64,000 bases of DNA, from assembly GCA_950097015.1 (NCBI GenBank), contig CATNEN010000037.1:2046001-2110000 (forward strand), read 5' to 3'. A program made the translations under genes and the position numbers. The notes under the pieces were generated by a model that saw only the letters and a program-made list of their open reading frames with translations, was not told where the DNA came from and ran no database searches. Shown one piece after another: positions 51,001-61,964 of this stretch (positions within the stretch are counted from its first letter, which is position 1; each line of letters opens with the position of its first letter). The DNA is from Macrostomum hystrix (taxonomy: Eukaryota; Animalia; Platyhelminthes).

Positions 51001-54000
51001 TGTGGAGGTGGAATGATTATATAGGAATAGTGTATAGCTTAACTCTATAGTCTATGGCAAAAGTTCACGAAGAAACGGCTAACTAATACGTCTGACAATA
51101 AACTCTTGTTCAATAAGACACTCACAATTAATTTTTTTTAATTCTATGGCAAAGCCCTAGTCCCAGTCAAACAAGTTTTTAAAATAGTCTATGACCAAAC
51201 CCTAGTCCATCAATTCAAGCTAGATTTTATTTGGAATAGTCTATAACCTGGTTGAATATTCAGGTAGATAATTAATACAAAGTAACGGTTATCTATGGCT
51301 AAGAATCATGCCCACACTTACAGCCTTATCCGGCATTGGAGTATCCCGATAGCCGTCAGTGTCGCAATAGACATTATATTCGTGAACGTGCCTCTCGCAA
51401 AGTGAGCAACCCTTAGCCTGCAGGTCGCCGCCGCAGCAGCTATAGATCTGTTGGACACCAGCTCCGGGCATTCGCCTACTATAGGCCCGGCCGTAGTGAT
51501 AGCAGCACTGGCCTGGCGGTATTGATAATTGTGGTCGCTGCAATAGGAAGGCCGAGCCGCAGCGGACGCACAATCGTTCCAAAGGATTAGCCGGGGGCGC
51601 GTAGGGCAGCGGCGGCAGGTTGGGCGGATAGCGATTATCGGCTAGCTGGGCTGGGGTCATGGCGTATTTTAATAGATGCTTGTGCAATCGTTTGTCGGAA
51701 AGTTGGCTAGCCTCTTCAGGCTGCTGCTGACGCTGTTTCTGATTGCCAGTCGAGTCGGGTCCGGAAGCGCGAACGCGTTTAATGGCCAAAATGACAGCGT
51801 TTAGGTAGACATTGCGATTCGCGCTGCGCTCGTAGCATTCCAGCTCTAGTTGCTGGGCTCGTCTACTAGCCGAGGATCCGGCGTCTGCGGACACCCTAGC
51901 GCGGTCTGCGGACACAATCAGACGGCATTCCTCGGCTAAGCGGTCCAGATAGCGCTGTCGGACAACATCCGGAATCTTGTTAGCAACGGAGCCAGGTAGG
52001 GGACTGGCAGCCACGGCTACTATGATTGGCGGACAAGCTGCTGAACTGCCCGACGATGAGGCCAAGGCCGCCGATAGGGAGGATGGGGCGCGAACTTTGC
52101 CCTGGCTGAGCAGGGCGGATGGATTAGCGGCCAGCTGTTGAGCACGTCGGGCCACCTGCTCGGAGGGCGTCATCCGACGAACTCCGGAGCATGCTGGGGG
52201 ACCGGAGACGGTGAAATGCGGTAAATTACTAAACTGTAACTTTAAATGTTAAGACGACAAACTATTGACGTAAGGACGGATTGGGGGGAGGGGAAGAATT
52301 AAGGGATTGAGAGAAAGGGGAAGAAAGGAGGGATTGATAGGAAGGGGAAGAAATGAGGGATTGAGAGGAAGGGGAAGAAAGGAGGGATTGGGATAAAGGG
52401 TAAGAAAGGAGGGTTGGGAGGAAGGGGAAGAAAGGAGGGTTGGGAGGAAGGGGAAGAAAGGAGGGTTAGGAGGAAGGGGAAGAAAGGAGGGTTGGGAGGA
52501 AGGGGAAGAAAGGAGGGTTGGGAGGAAGGGGAAGAAATGAGGGATTGAGAGGAAGGGGAAGAAATGAGGGATTGAGAGGAAGGGGAAGAAAGGAGGGTTG
52601 GGAGGAAGGGGAAGAAAGGAGGGATTGGGATAAAGGGTAAGAAAGGAGGGTTGGGAGGAAGGGGAAGAAAGGAGGGTTGGGAGGAAGGGGAAGAAAGGAG
52701 GGTTGGGAGGAAGGGTAAGAAAGGAGGGTTGGGAGGAAGGGGAAGAAAGGAGGGTTGGGAGGAAGGGGAAGAAAGGAGGGTTGGGAGGAAGGGGAAGAAA
52801 GGAGGGTTGGGAGGAAGGGGAAGAAATGAGGGATTGAGAGGAAGGGGAAGAAATGAGGGATTGAGAGGAAGGGGAAGAAAGGAGGGTTGGGAGGAAGGGG
52901 AAGAAAGGAGGGTTGGGAGGAAGGGGAAGAAAGGAGGGATTGAGAGGAAGGGGAAGAAAGGAGGGTTGGGAGGAAGGGTAAGAAAGGAGGGTTGGGAGGA
53001 AGGGGAAGAAAGGAGGGTTGGGAGGAAGGGGAAGAAAGGAGGGTTGGGAGGAAGGGGAAGAAATGAGGGATTGAGAGGAAGGGGAAGAAATGAGGGATTG
53101 AGAGGAAGGGGAAGAAATGAGGGATTGAGAGGAAGGGGAAGAAAGGAGGGTTGGGAGGAAGGGGAAGAAAGGAGGGATTGGGATAAAGGGTAAGAAAGGA
53201 GGGTTGGGAGGAAGGGGAAGAATGGAGGGTTGGGAGGAAGGGGAAGAAAGGAGGGTTGGGAGGAAGGGTAAGAAAGGAGGGTTGGGAGGAAGGGGAAGAA
53301 AGGAGGGTTGGGAGGAAGGGGAAGAAAGGAGGGTTGGGAGGAAGGGGAAGAAAGGAGGGTTGGGAGGAAGGGGAAGAAATGAGGGATTGAGAGGAAGGGG
53401 AAGAAAGGAGGGTTGGGAGGAAGGGGAAGAAAGGAGGGTTGGGAGGAAGGGGAAGAAATGAGGGATTGAGAGGAAGGGGAAGAAAGGAGGGTTGGGAGGA
53501 AGGGGAAGAAAGGAGGGTTGGGAGGAAGGGGAAGAAAGGAGGGTTGGGAGGAAGGGGAAGAAATGAGGGATTGAGAGGAAGGGGAAGAAAGGAGGGTTGG
53601 GAGGAAGGGGAAGAAAGGAGGGTTGGGAGGAAGGGGAAGAAATGAGGGATTGAGAGGAAGGGGAAGAAAGGAGGGTTGGGAGGAAGGGGAAGAAAGGAGG
53701 GTTGGGAGGAAGGGGAAGAAAGGAGGGTTGGGAGGAAGGGGAAGAAAGGAGGGTTGGGAGGAAGGGGAAGAAAGGAGGGTTGGGAGGAAGGGGAAGAAAG
53801 GAGGGTTGGGAGGAAGGGGAAGAAATAGGGGGTCGGTGGCAGAGCGGTTAACGCGTTTGCCACTCGCACCACAGTCCCTAAGTTCGATTCCACGGCGAGG
53901 CCACATTTATTTGGGGCGCAGCCGCGGAGAGAAGGCTTGGGGGCTTGTCGTGCAATTTACGCCCTTGAGGGCCAACCTCCAAGGCACAGTGAGAGTGTAC

Positions 54001-57000
54001 ACTGCCTGACGATGAGAAAGTCAGGGCAGATGTACACACCTGTGTGAGCGTATGCCTGCGTACGGTATCTGTGTGCGTGTGTGCTCAGGAGTCAGCGAAA
54101 TGGGCAGAATTGCCTCCTCGCTGGCTGCGGGTCTAGTGTCACCAAACTATGTGTCATTGCCCGCAGCCCTCCTGCAATTATTATTATTATTATTATAAGG
54201 GGAAGAAATGAGGGATTGAGAGGAAGGGGAAGAAATGAGGGATTGAGAGGAAGGGGAAGAAATGAGGGATTGAGAGGAAGGGGAAGAAAGGAGGGTTGGG
54301 AGGAAGGGGAAGAAAGGAGGGTTGGGAGGAAGGGGAAGAAAGGAGGGTTGGGAGGAAGGGGAAGAAAGGAGGGTTGGGAGGAAGGGGAAGAAAGGAGGGT
54401 TGGGAGGAAGGGGAAGAAATGAGGGATTGAGAGGAAGGGGAAGAAATGAGGGATTGAGAGGAAGGGGAAGAAAGGAGGGTTGGGAGGAAGGGGAAGAAAG
54501 GAGGGTTGGGAGGAAGGGGAAGAAAGAGGGATTGAGAGGAAGGGGAAGAAAGGAGGGTAGGGAGGAACAAAAGGAGAGCAGCTTGCACTGAAATGTATCA
54601 ACTCAAATGACAAATGAACAAATCGTTCAAACCTTTGCCAGAATTCGAAGCAGACATTAACGTAGAAGCTGCCTCAGAAGAAACAGCGGCAGCAGGATGG
54701 ACTGAATTGGTGGCCTGGATAGGCAGGATGCCAGGCCTAGACGCAGCTACTTCTTCTGGCTCCTCACCGAACAGATCTAGAAAGACTCGTTTAATCTCTC
54801 CTCCGGCACCTTCTTGGTTCGATTTTTCGCTACTTTTTGATAAATGGTCAGGGACTGAAGTGGGAGCGGACACAGCGGTCGGACAGTACTCGTCGTCATT
54901 GTCATCCTCAGGATTCGAGTCTGGGTCTTGGTCGTAGGTGTTTCCGCCAGATCCGATTGGCGTTGGCTCATAGCTGACTTCAACTGATGTTGGCGAATCT
55001 AATCTGTGGCGCATTCGCTTCGCAGTAGAATATTGTGCCTCATCGGCTGCCAGTGCCTCGCCGCCGCCCGAAGTAGGATCGTAGACTTCGCCATCGCCAG
55101 GCGTAGCCTTTGAAGACAAGGCCGACAGATTAGACGGAGAAGCTTCGCCTAGTTTCGGCGCCGGCAATTGCAGGGGTCGTCGTCGGTTTGTTGCCATAGA
55201 CTGCTGCGGCTGCGTCACAGTCAGCGGTGTCGGCTCGTAAGTAGGCGATTCTGCAGGCGGCGGCGGCGGCGGCGGCGGCGGTGGAGTTTTTGGCTGCTGA
55301 ACCTTAGCTCGCCGAAGAACACTCAGCGGTGTCGGAGTGTAATCGTCACCGGCCTCTTCGCCGACGGCACCACCGGCCCCATCTGATTCGGACAGAGACG
55401 AAGGCTGTCTGGATCGGCCTGAATGCTTGGCTGGCGAGTTGGAGGACTCCTGACGTGCCTATATTCGGCAAATTAAATTATATTTTTTATATAATAATAA
55501 TATATACTAGGCTTGAATCAGCGATTAAAAAATAAATTGCTTACAAATTTTGATGTCTGCTGAACAGGCCGAACTTGTAAGTTAGGGCGCTCTAAAATTA
55601 TTTCAAATGAAGTTTTATCATTAAAATATCTTATTTTCAACTTGGGGATCATTGTCAACTGGGGGATAATTGTCAACTGGGGAATCATCATCAAATGGGG
55701 ATCATGGTCAACTGGGGATCATTGTCAACTGGGGATCATCATCAATTGGGAGTCATTATCAAATGGGGGATCATGGTCAACTGGGTGATCATCATCAACT
55801 GGGGGATCATTGTCAACTAGGGGATAATGGTCAACTGGGGGAACATTGTCAACTGGGGATCATTGTCAACTGGGGGATCATTGTCAACTGGGGGATCATT
55901 GTGAACTGGGGGATCATTGTCAACTGGGGGATCATTGTCAACTGTGGATCATCATCAATGGGGAGTCATCATCAATTGGGGGATCATTGTCAACTGGGGG
56001 ATCATTGTCAACTGGGGGATCATTGTAGCTCTAAAAAGCTGTAAATTCAGCTGCTAAAAAGTATATACTAAACAGATTAAAAATATTTCTGCTCCCCAAA
56101 GGGGGGCAAAACTTGCTAGTTTTAATCTATAACTGAAAAGTCCCATATATCTCAGCCAATGATATATAAAACAAATAAATTTGTTTCATTATCAAATGGT
56201 TTGAAAAACTGAGTAGGTCAGGGTCTGGTTAACTTCCAAGCTCATTTGATATAATTGGCATGTGTTATATAAAGTGTTTTGGCAAAAATTATTGGCTAAA
56301 ATTTATATAATAATGATATCACTTTAAGGTCAAAATGTCACCAACCCATTGGCAAACTTTTTTGGCGGGTGTAATAATGTGACTCACTGATAGTTAAATA
56401 GTTAGAAATGCTGAAACAAAGCAAAAATTGTTAGTTATTAATAATTACTAATTTGTTAAACAATTATTTTACCTTTTAACTATGTACTGGTCAATATAAT
56501 TTTGCATTATATTGTATAAAAAGTCATAATACCATTAATGTACATTGGCCATTGGCATTAGCAAAAAGTCAAATTTTGAATATAGTTGCATAACAAAAGT
56601 AATGCTCATAGTCCTGCTTGTCCTGCTTGACAGCTCAAGAAATTCAAAAGATTTGAAAAGATTTTTTTCTTATATTAAATAATTTTTTGATAAATGTACC
56701 CCTGTCCATTGGGACATGCATTAGTGTTGCCTGCCCATGCCTAATAATAACACTAACACTAATGACTAATAATAACTAAGAAATAAAGATTGTTGATAAG
56801 GAAGTGACTATATGTCACTGCCCATTTATCAGGTTTTGTAATGTTTTTTTTACATTCAAATGTGAAATCATCTAGTTTTGAACATTTTTTTATTTTACAA
56901 AATATAATGGCTTGTCCATGCCAACTTCATTTGAACTGTCCATTTGAAATTGACACATGACATGACCATCCATACTACCTTAGGTATATATTGCGTGGTA

Positions 57001-58078
57001 CACTATTTATAGTAGCTGAAAACTTATTCCAATAGGGAACCATTTCCCTAGCTTAGCTGCCACCAGTGCAACACCATCTTGCTTTTCCTAGGTGACACAC
57101 TACCATGCCATCTAGGGGCACTACTATGAGATCTGAGTAGATTTTTCTCTCTTGATTTCTATTTTTTACTGTAAAGAAGTCAATAAAACTATAATTAATT
57201 TAATTAAAATTAAATGTGCAAAACTAGAGAATTGTCAAAAAAAATTACTGGTTTCAAAACAATTAATTCTTGCAAAATAATAAAATAGTGTTCAATTTCA
57301 CTTTAACTCTGAAAGAATTTAAAAATGAACTTATTGAAAGACTCCCAAAAGCTTTTGTGAATCTTCTATCATACAGATTTCCAAAAATTAGCCTGCTATT
57401 TGTATTGATATTACTTAGTGGACTAATAATAGGCATAGTTTTTGTTTCCTTCTCTATATATTATTTTAAGGGTGTAGGACCAAGGTGTAAGACCACCATA
57501 TACCAAGACTGCCACAGCTAGGTAGGGGGTCAGGGCGAAATAACTTATGATCTTCTATTGCATAGCTTGGTTGGGTAGACACGAGGTTGATGGTGGCTGT
57601 GGGTTTACTAGCAGTTAAGTAATTCCATTTCAATTCTGAAGCAAAAACAAAAAGTTTCTCAGGTTTTTAGGCTCTTACTTTTAGTACAAAACAAAAAACT
57701 CTTTCTCTGTAGAAAATATTTGAAGATAATTTAACCATTTCAGAGCAGCCTTGCTGCTGTGTGCTGCATTTGACACAAATAAGCAACGCACTTAAATTAT
57801 ATTTTAGAAAGGGAGTTATGTGGCAATCTCCTCTCATCTCATCTATGGAGCAAGTCAGAGATGTGGCAGTCTTGGTCATGCGCCTTCAAAGGGATGGTAA
57901 CCAACTAATCAACAACTAACAGTTTGTCACAAATATTTTAAAAAATTCTCACTTTTCTATCGACTCAGGACATACCTTCTTGTTTCATGTGTCGAAAGTG
58001 GCAATATGGACGCTCACATAGGCCGGATAGATAATAGGGACAGTTGTGTGATCGAAAAAATCCAGAGGTAGGAAACAT
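47993..58078 (-). CDS. REXO1: RNA exonuclease 1 homolog (DEDDh 3'-5' exonuclease, Elongin A-binding)
   Basis: Exons (minus) 58078-57976, 55458 (or 55430)-54633, 52193-51322, 50999-50570, 48096-47993. N-terminal [30 protein letters not shown]; CCYHYGR..CCG..GC..HV segment; ExoI ALDCEM, Exo[10 protein letters not shown], Exo[11 protein letters not shown]. The exon 1 to exon 2 join is unresolved: it needs the phase-1 acceptor at 55430 or a missed small exon. Confidence 0.92.
48143..50503. repeat. 21-bp minisatellite GATTGAGAATGTCAGACTACA with 398-bp higher-order blocks (last REXO1 intron)
   Basis: Marker gtcactgtat at 48401, 48799, 49197 and 49532. Confidence 0.97.
50570..50999 (-). CDS. REXO1: REXO1 exonuclease domain exon
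   Basis: ccacag acceptor and g|gtcagt donor; [63 protein letters not shown]. Confidence 0.95.
52280..54566. repeat. 26-bp purine/G-rich minisatellite GGGAGGAAGGGGAAGAAAGGAGGGTT, split by a SINE at 53827-54196
   Basis: Period 26 (53701 to 53727). Confidence 0.97.
53827..54196 (+). mobile_element. tRNA-derived SINE family 2, copy A, inserted into an intronic minisatellite of REXO1
   Basis: A box TGGCAGAGCGG, B box GTTCGATTCC, (ATT)n tail; interrupts the 26-bp purine array, with aaggggaagaaa on both sides (possible TSD, confounded by the array). Confidence 0.85.
55642..56025. repeat. 19-20-bp minisatellite GGGGATCATTGTCAACTG
   Basis: Direct reading. Confidence 0.92.
57976..58078 (-). CDS. REXO1: REXO1 first coding exon (zinc-finger-like N-terminus)
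   Basis: [34 protein letters not shown] then g|gtatgt; matches the conserved REXO1 N-terminus ([21 protein letters not shown]). Confidence 0.88.
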
Positions 58079-59049
58079 TTTGCTTAGACTGTTGAGTAAG
58101 TGATTCAGAAAATATAGTATTACAGTGGGTTAGTTACAACTTAAAGTACTAGTAGATAATTCTTGAGGCAAAGTCAGAAATATCACTGATTATCAGTACT
58201 TCGCCCCACGCATAACCCAGATCTATCTTTCACGCATTGTGTCTAGTTTTAAATATTTTCCAAGAAAGTTTTTATGTCGTCAACTCGTTTAGTACGATAA
58301 CAATAAAAGGCATGGTGGTAACAAAATGATAATCGGAGCGTTCCTTTAAAATTAAAATCAGAAAATAAAAGAGTAAGAAGAATTATTACGTCGTTTTGCT
58401 AAATTTGGGAGGGACATTAAACGACAGAATACAGGATAAAGTTCATTACGTGTTATTTACGCACCAATATTTATAGATTTATCACTAAGAAAATCTTCCG
58501 GCTTAATATCATTTTGTGCGTCCTTGGATCGAAGTCTAAGACTTCTATTGTCTCTCTTGAAACAAATTCAAAGCAGCATTTTAAACATACATGCCATACA
58601 TGTCCTGTTCTGCAGGTAAAATGGAGATACCGACTCACAAGTTCGCTGTTCGTTGAGAAGACGTTGAGCCCGATTCAAGGGAATCGATATGAGAACAGTG
58701 GATCCAGGGATGAGACACTGAGCTTCGTGGGCTGTATCTGGCGGGCGATCCAGAGTTAAAAGCCGATCGTAAAATTCCGATTTATCTTTCAAAATCCAAG
58801 GTTCGCGCCAGTGCATGTTTTAGGATTGTCCAAGTCTCAGACGCACACGAATGCTAGCTATATATAACAACATGCAAACAACATAAGTAGTAGCAATTGC
58901 GCGTTTTTTTCAAATATTAAAGATATAAAATTTTCATTCACTAATAACTTGCTGATTACCAATCGATTGGCACAGCTCTTTACACCTTGCTTTTAACACT
59001 TTGAAACCAAATGCAAGGTAGGACTTCGAAATATGTTTAGCATGATATA

Positions 59050-59210
59050 TTTTGGGATTATAAGCCTTAAAGATTATGAAATTTGGGGATTATGGCACTT
59101 GGGAATTCTGAAATTCGGTGGTTGGCAAATTCAGGGCGCAGTGAATTTTTGTTTATGAAAGGTAGGATTATGAAATTTAGGGATTATGAAAGTTTGAGAT
59201 TATGAAATGA
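59050..59210. repeat. Degenerate GGATTATGAAATTT(G/A)GG repeat
   Basis: Several imperfect copies. Confidence 0.6.
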
Positions 59211-61365
59211 GGCGGAGTCGAATACAAAAGTTATGGAAAATTAAATAAGAGAAGTGAAACGCACATATAGTTTTATACAACAGACATGCCACCTGTCTAA
59301 GAGTGTCAAGTTAACTTCCATGTGAACCGAGCACTGAGTTATTTTTCTTATTTTACAATTATTGACAACAGTCTTGGAAGAAACACAGAAATATTTCGAC
59401 AACCGGAAATGGGATGAAGAGAGCAGCTTAAATATTGGCTTTTGTTTTTTCTGTGGAGTGACAACGCCACTAAAAATAATGTTGATCGAATAGAATCAGA
59501 CAGGAGTGAGGTGGACTCACTGCAGCTGCAGAATTGCACAGATCTCGAAGAAACTGGTGTCTTATTTATGTGGAGTCAATAATTATACTCTCTCTCTGTA
59601 AAAAGATTGACACAATTATTACAATTTGAGCTAATCAGTTCATGTCCGAGTTCATGCGCGATTCACCTTAGCCTAGAGTATAGAAATATGAGAAGCAGGT
59701 GGGTTCCATGCATATGTTGGTGGAACTCAAACGCCTCAGGATCATGACCGGATGAGCATAAGGCAGACTCGATCGTGAGCAGGCAGGAAACAGCCGGCGT
59801 GCTGCCAACAACAACCAGAAGCTGCCGGCGGGTGGCCCCAACAAAATTGCTTTTTTTCTGTTTTCCTGCCGCAACTCACACCCACCTCCCTCCTCCAACA
59901 GTCGAGCTCGCGAGCAGGGGGGGTCGAGAGAAAATGAAAAAAACGAAGGAAAAACACGCCAGCGATCCGCAGTATGTGCTAGGGAGTGGCTCGAGACGGT
60001 CAAAAACAGAAGTCATAAAGAGGGAAGGCGTTATTCTAACCCCCAAAAAACCTATATATAAAAAGATGGTAGATAATTAGAGACTCGGATCCGGAATAGG
60101 CTACTGGAGCTGCGTGATTTACGCCCAACTGTCTGAACTAGAGACCGCAACACCTGTGCGTGTTGAGCTGGTGCTTTTCTCGCCCATCACTTTCTCCGCT
60201 GAGGATTAAGGACTGCCAGCATACGGGTGGACCCCCGCTGTGCCAGCCACTTCCTGCTATATACACTGGGGATCTGGGAATCTGGGGGATCTCACGCGCA
60301 CAGTGTATATAGTCTCCAAGTCTTTGTCGTTCCCCATCTGTGCTCAACGCATGGCGGGGAGTCGCAGGCTTTCAGGCACGACTGCAAAATTTCACTTCTC
60401 ATCCTTTGTCTTAGAAGCAGCCTCCGGCTTAAGTCAGGCTAAATAGGTTGAGAAGGATTCATTGTCGAAAACCTGAAATACACACGTGTAAGGTAGGGTA
60501 TTGTCTTGTACGCAACTCACATTCACAACATATGCTTTGTTAATGATTTACTGGTAAAAATGAATTTAAAACGATGGTCTTATTTTGTTCAGAACGGTAT
60601 CGGAAGTTTTTTAGCAGCATTTTAAAAAATAACTTTTTTCATCTGTAATCCGACTGGGTTATAAAACTACAATACTATATAGTTTAACAAGTTTAAATGC
60701 GCATTCTTGGGCAAACAAAGATCAATAATAATTATTACAATTATACGTGTAATGGTTCTCATCTTTGCTATGAAATGTGCACGAACTGTTTGGCTGTTCT
60801 CTGCATCAAGCACCATGGTTACTATGTCGAAATGCAGCCTGCAGAGAGTCGCTAACCCAGTACAGGCCAGCCGCTAACTACAAATAAATAATTAATTTAT
60901 TCTCCTATTTTCCTTTTGGATGTCACGTTTCTATTTGAAACTTTTTAACGCAATGTGAAATAGTTGCATGATTTCACTTGACTACATGGTGTTGTGTGTG
61001 AGTGTGATGCACCTGCTTGCACAACTTTAACAATTGTCAAGATTGACAAGTGGTCAGTGACACCCTTCTATAACTTGAACCATAGCGACGCAACCGTATG
61101 CGCAAAGCTGATGCCAGTTTCTGTCTCTCGAACAGGTTTCGATTCAATAATTTTATTTCATATTAAATTTTTAGGATTCGGGCAGTAGATCTTCATGAAC
61201 AGCGGGGGCACAGTCGTATAGTAGGCACGTTTTTTAATAATATGCCTCTCGATTATTGCTCCGTACAAAGTCCTCCCATTCTCCCCTATTCACACCTCTC
61301 TTTGCTCCCCAGTCGACGGGGGTTCGTAAAATTCGATGTTGCGACCACACACGTATAAGCAGGTC

Positions 61366-61420
61366 TTATATAAAATGCTCACTATATAGGAGGATCCTGC
61401 GGTCCCACTCACTCAGTTTT
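61366..61420 (+). promoter_or_regulatory. Possible TATA + initiator core promoter
   Basis: TTATATAAAA (~61366), TATATAGG (~61383) and TCAGTT (~61414, about 30 nt after the second box); no downstream CDS recognised. Confidence 0.3.
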
Positions 61421-61964
61421 AAAGCAACAGTTTCATTGCTTGCATGCCATTGTATAGACCACATACCGAGCCGGGATGAGTAGGATAAAGGTTTGAGTTG
61501 GATGAAGGTGACAGGAAGGGATAGAAGTGAGGAGTATAGGATGGGGTGCAAGGCAGTGATGTCACACAGGCCATTGTGCCCTGATTTCCTACGCTTTGGT
61601 CTCCCCCGCGTGGACTTGGCCAATGCCATAAAGATAAAAATGGGATAGAAAATAGTGAATGATGAAGAGACGCATTGACCGCCAGTCTGTTGGGAGAGTA
61701 AGTGAGATGGGGGCATCGGAAAAGATTTGAGGCGGCAAAGTTGATGGGGAGCCGGATGCGACAGTCTTGACGCTGAGGCTGAAAATGACTCCGACGGGCT
61801 TCACCTGCTGGCTCTGTTGCTCGCTTTGATCTCTTCGATACCGCTCAGTGCCGTCTGTCTCTTTTGGCGAGTCACTATCCAACAGTTTTCATTGCCATCT
61901 CATAAGTACTATTCAGTATTCCCAGTACTATCAAGCATTCTCTAGTGAGTCGTAGTTTTCACTA

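Noticed and set aside
54001-54030. Hammerhead ribozyme core (CTGACGA..GAAA) in the SINE; similar strings near 35948 and 40965
   Set aside because: No stem II and no stem I/III partners; in the SINE the bases are part of a simple hairpin.
52299-54613. Pro-rich and Gly/Arg/Lys-rich ORFs
   Set aside because: Translations of the 26-bp intronic array of REXO1.
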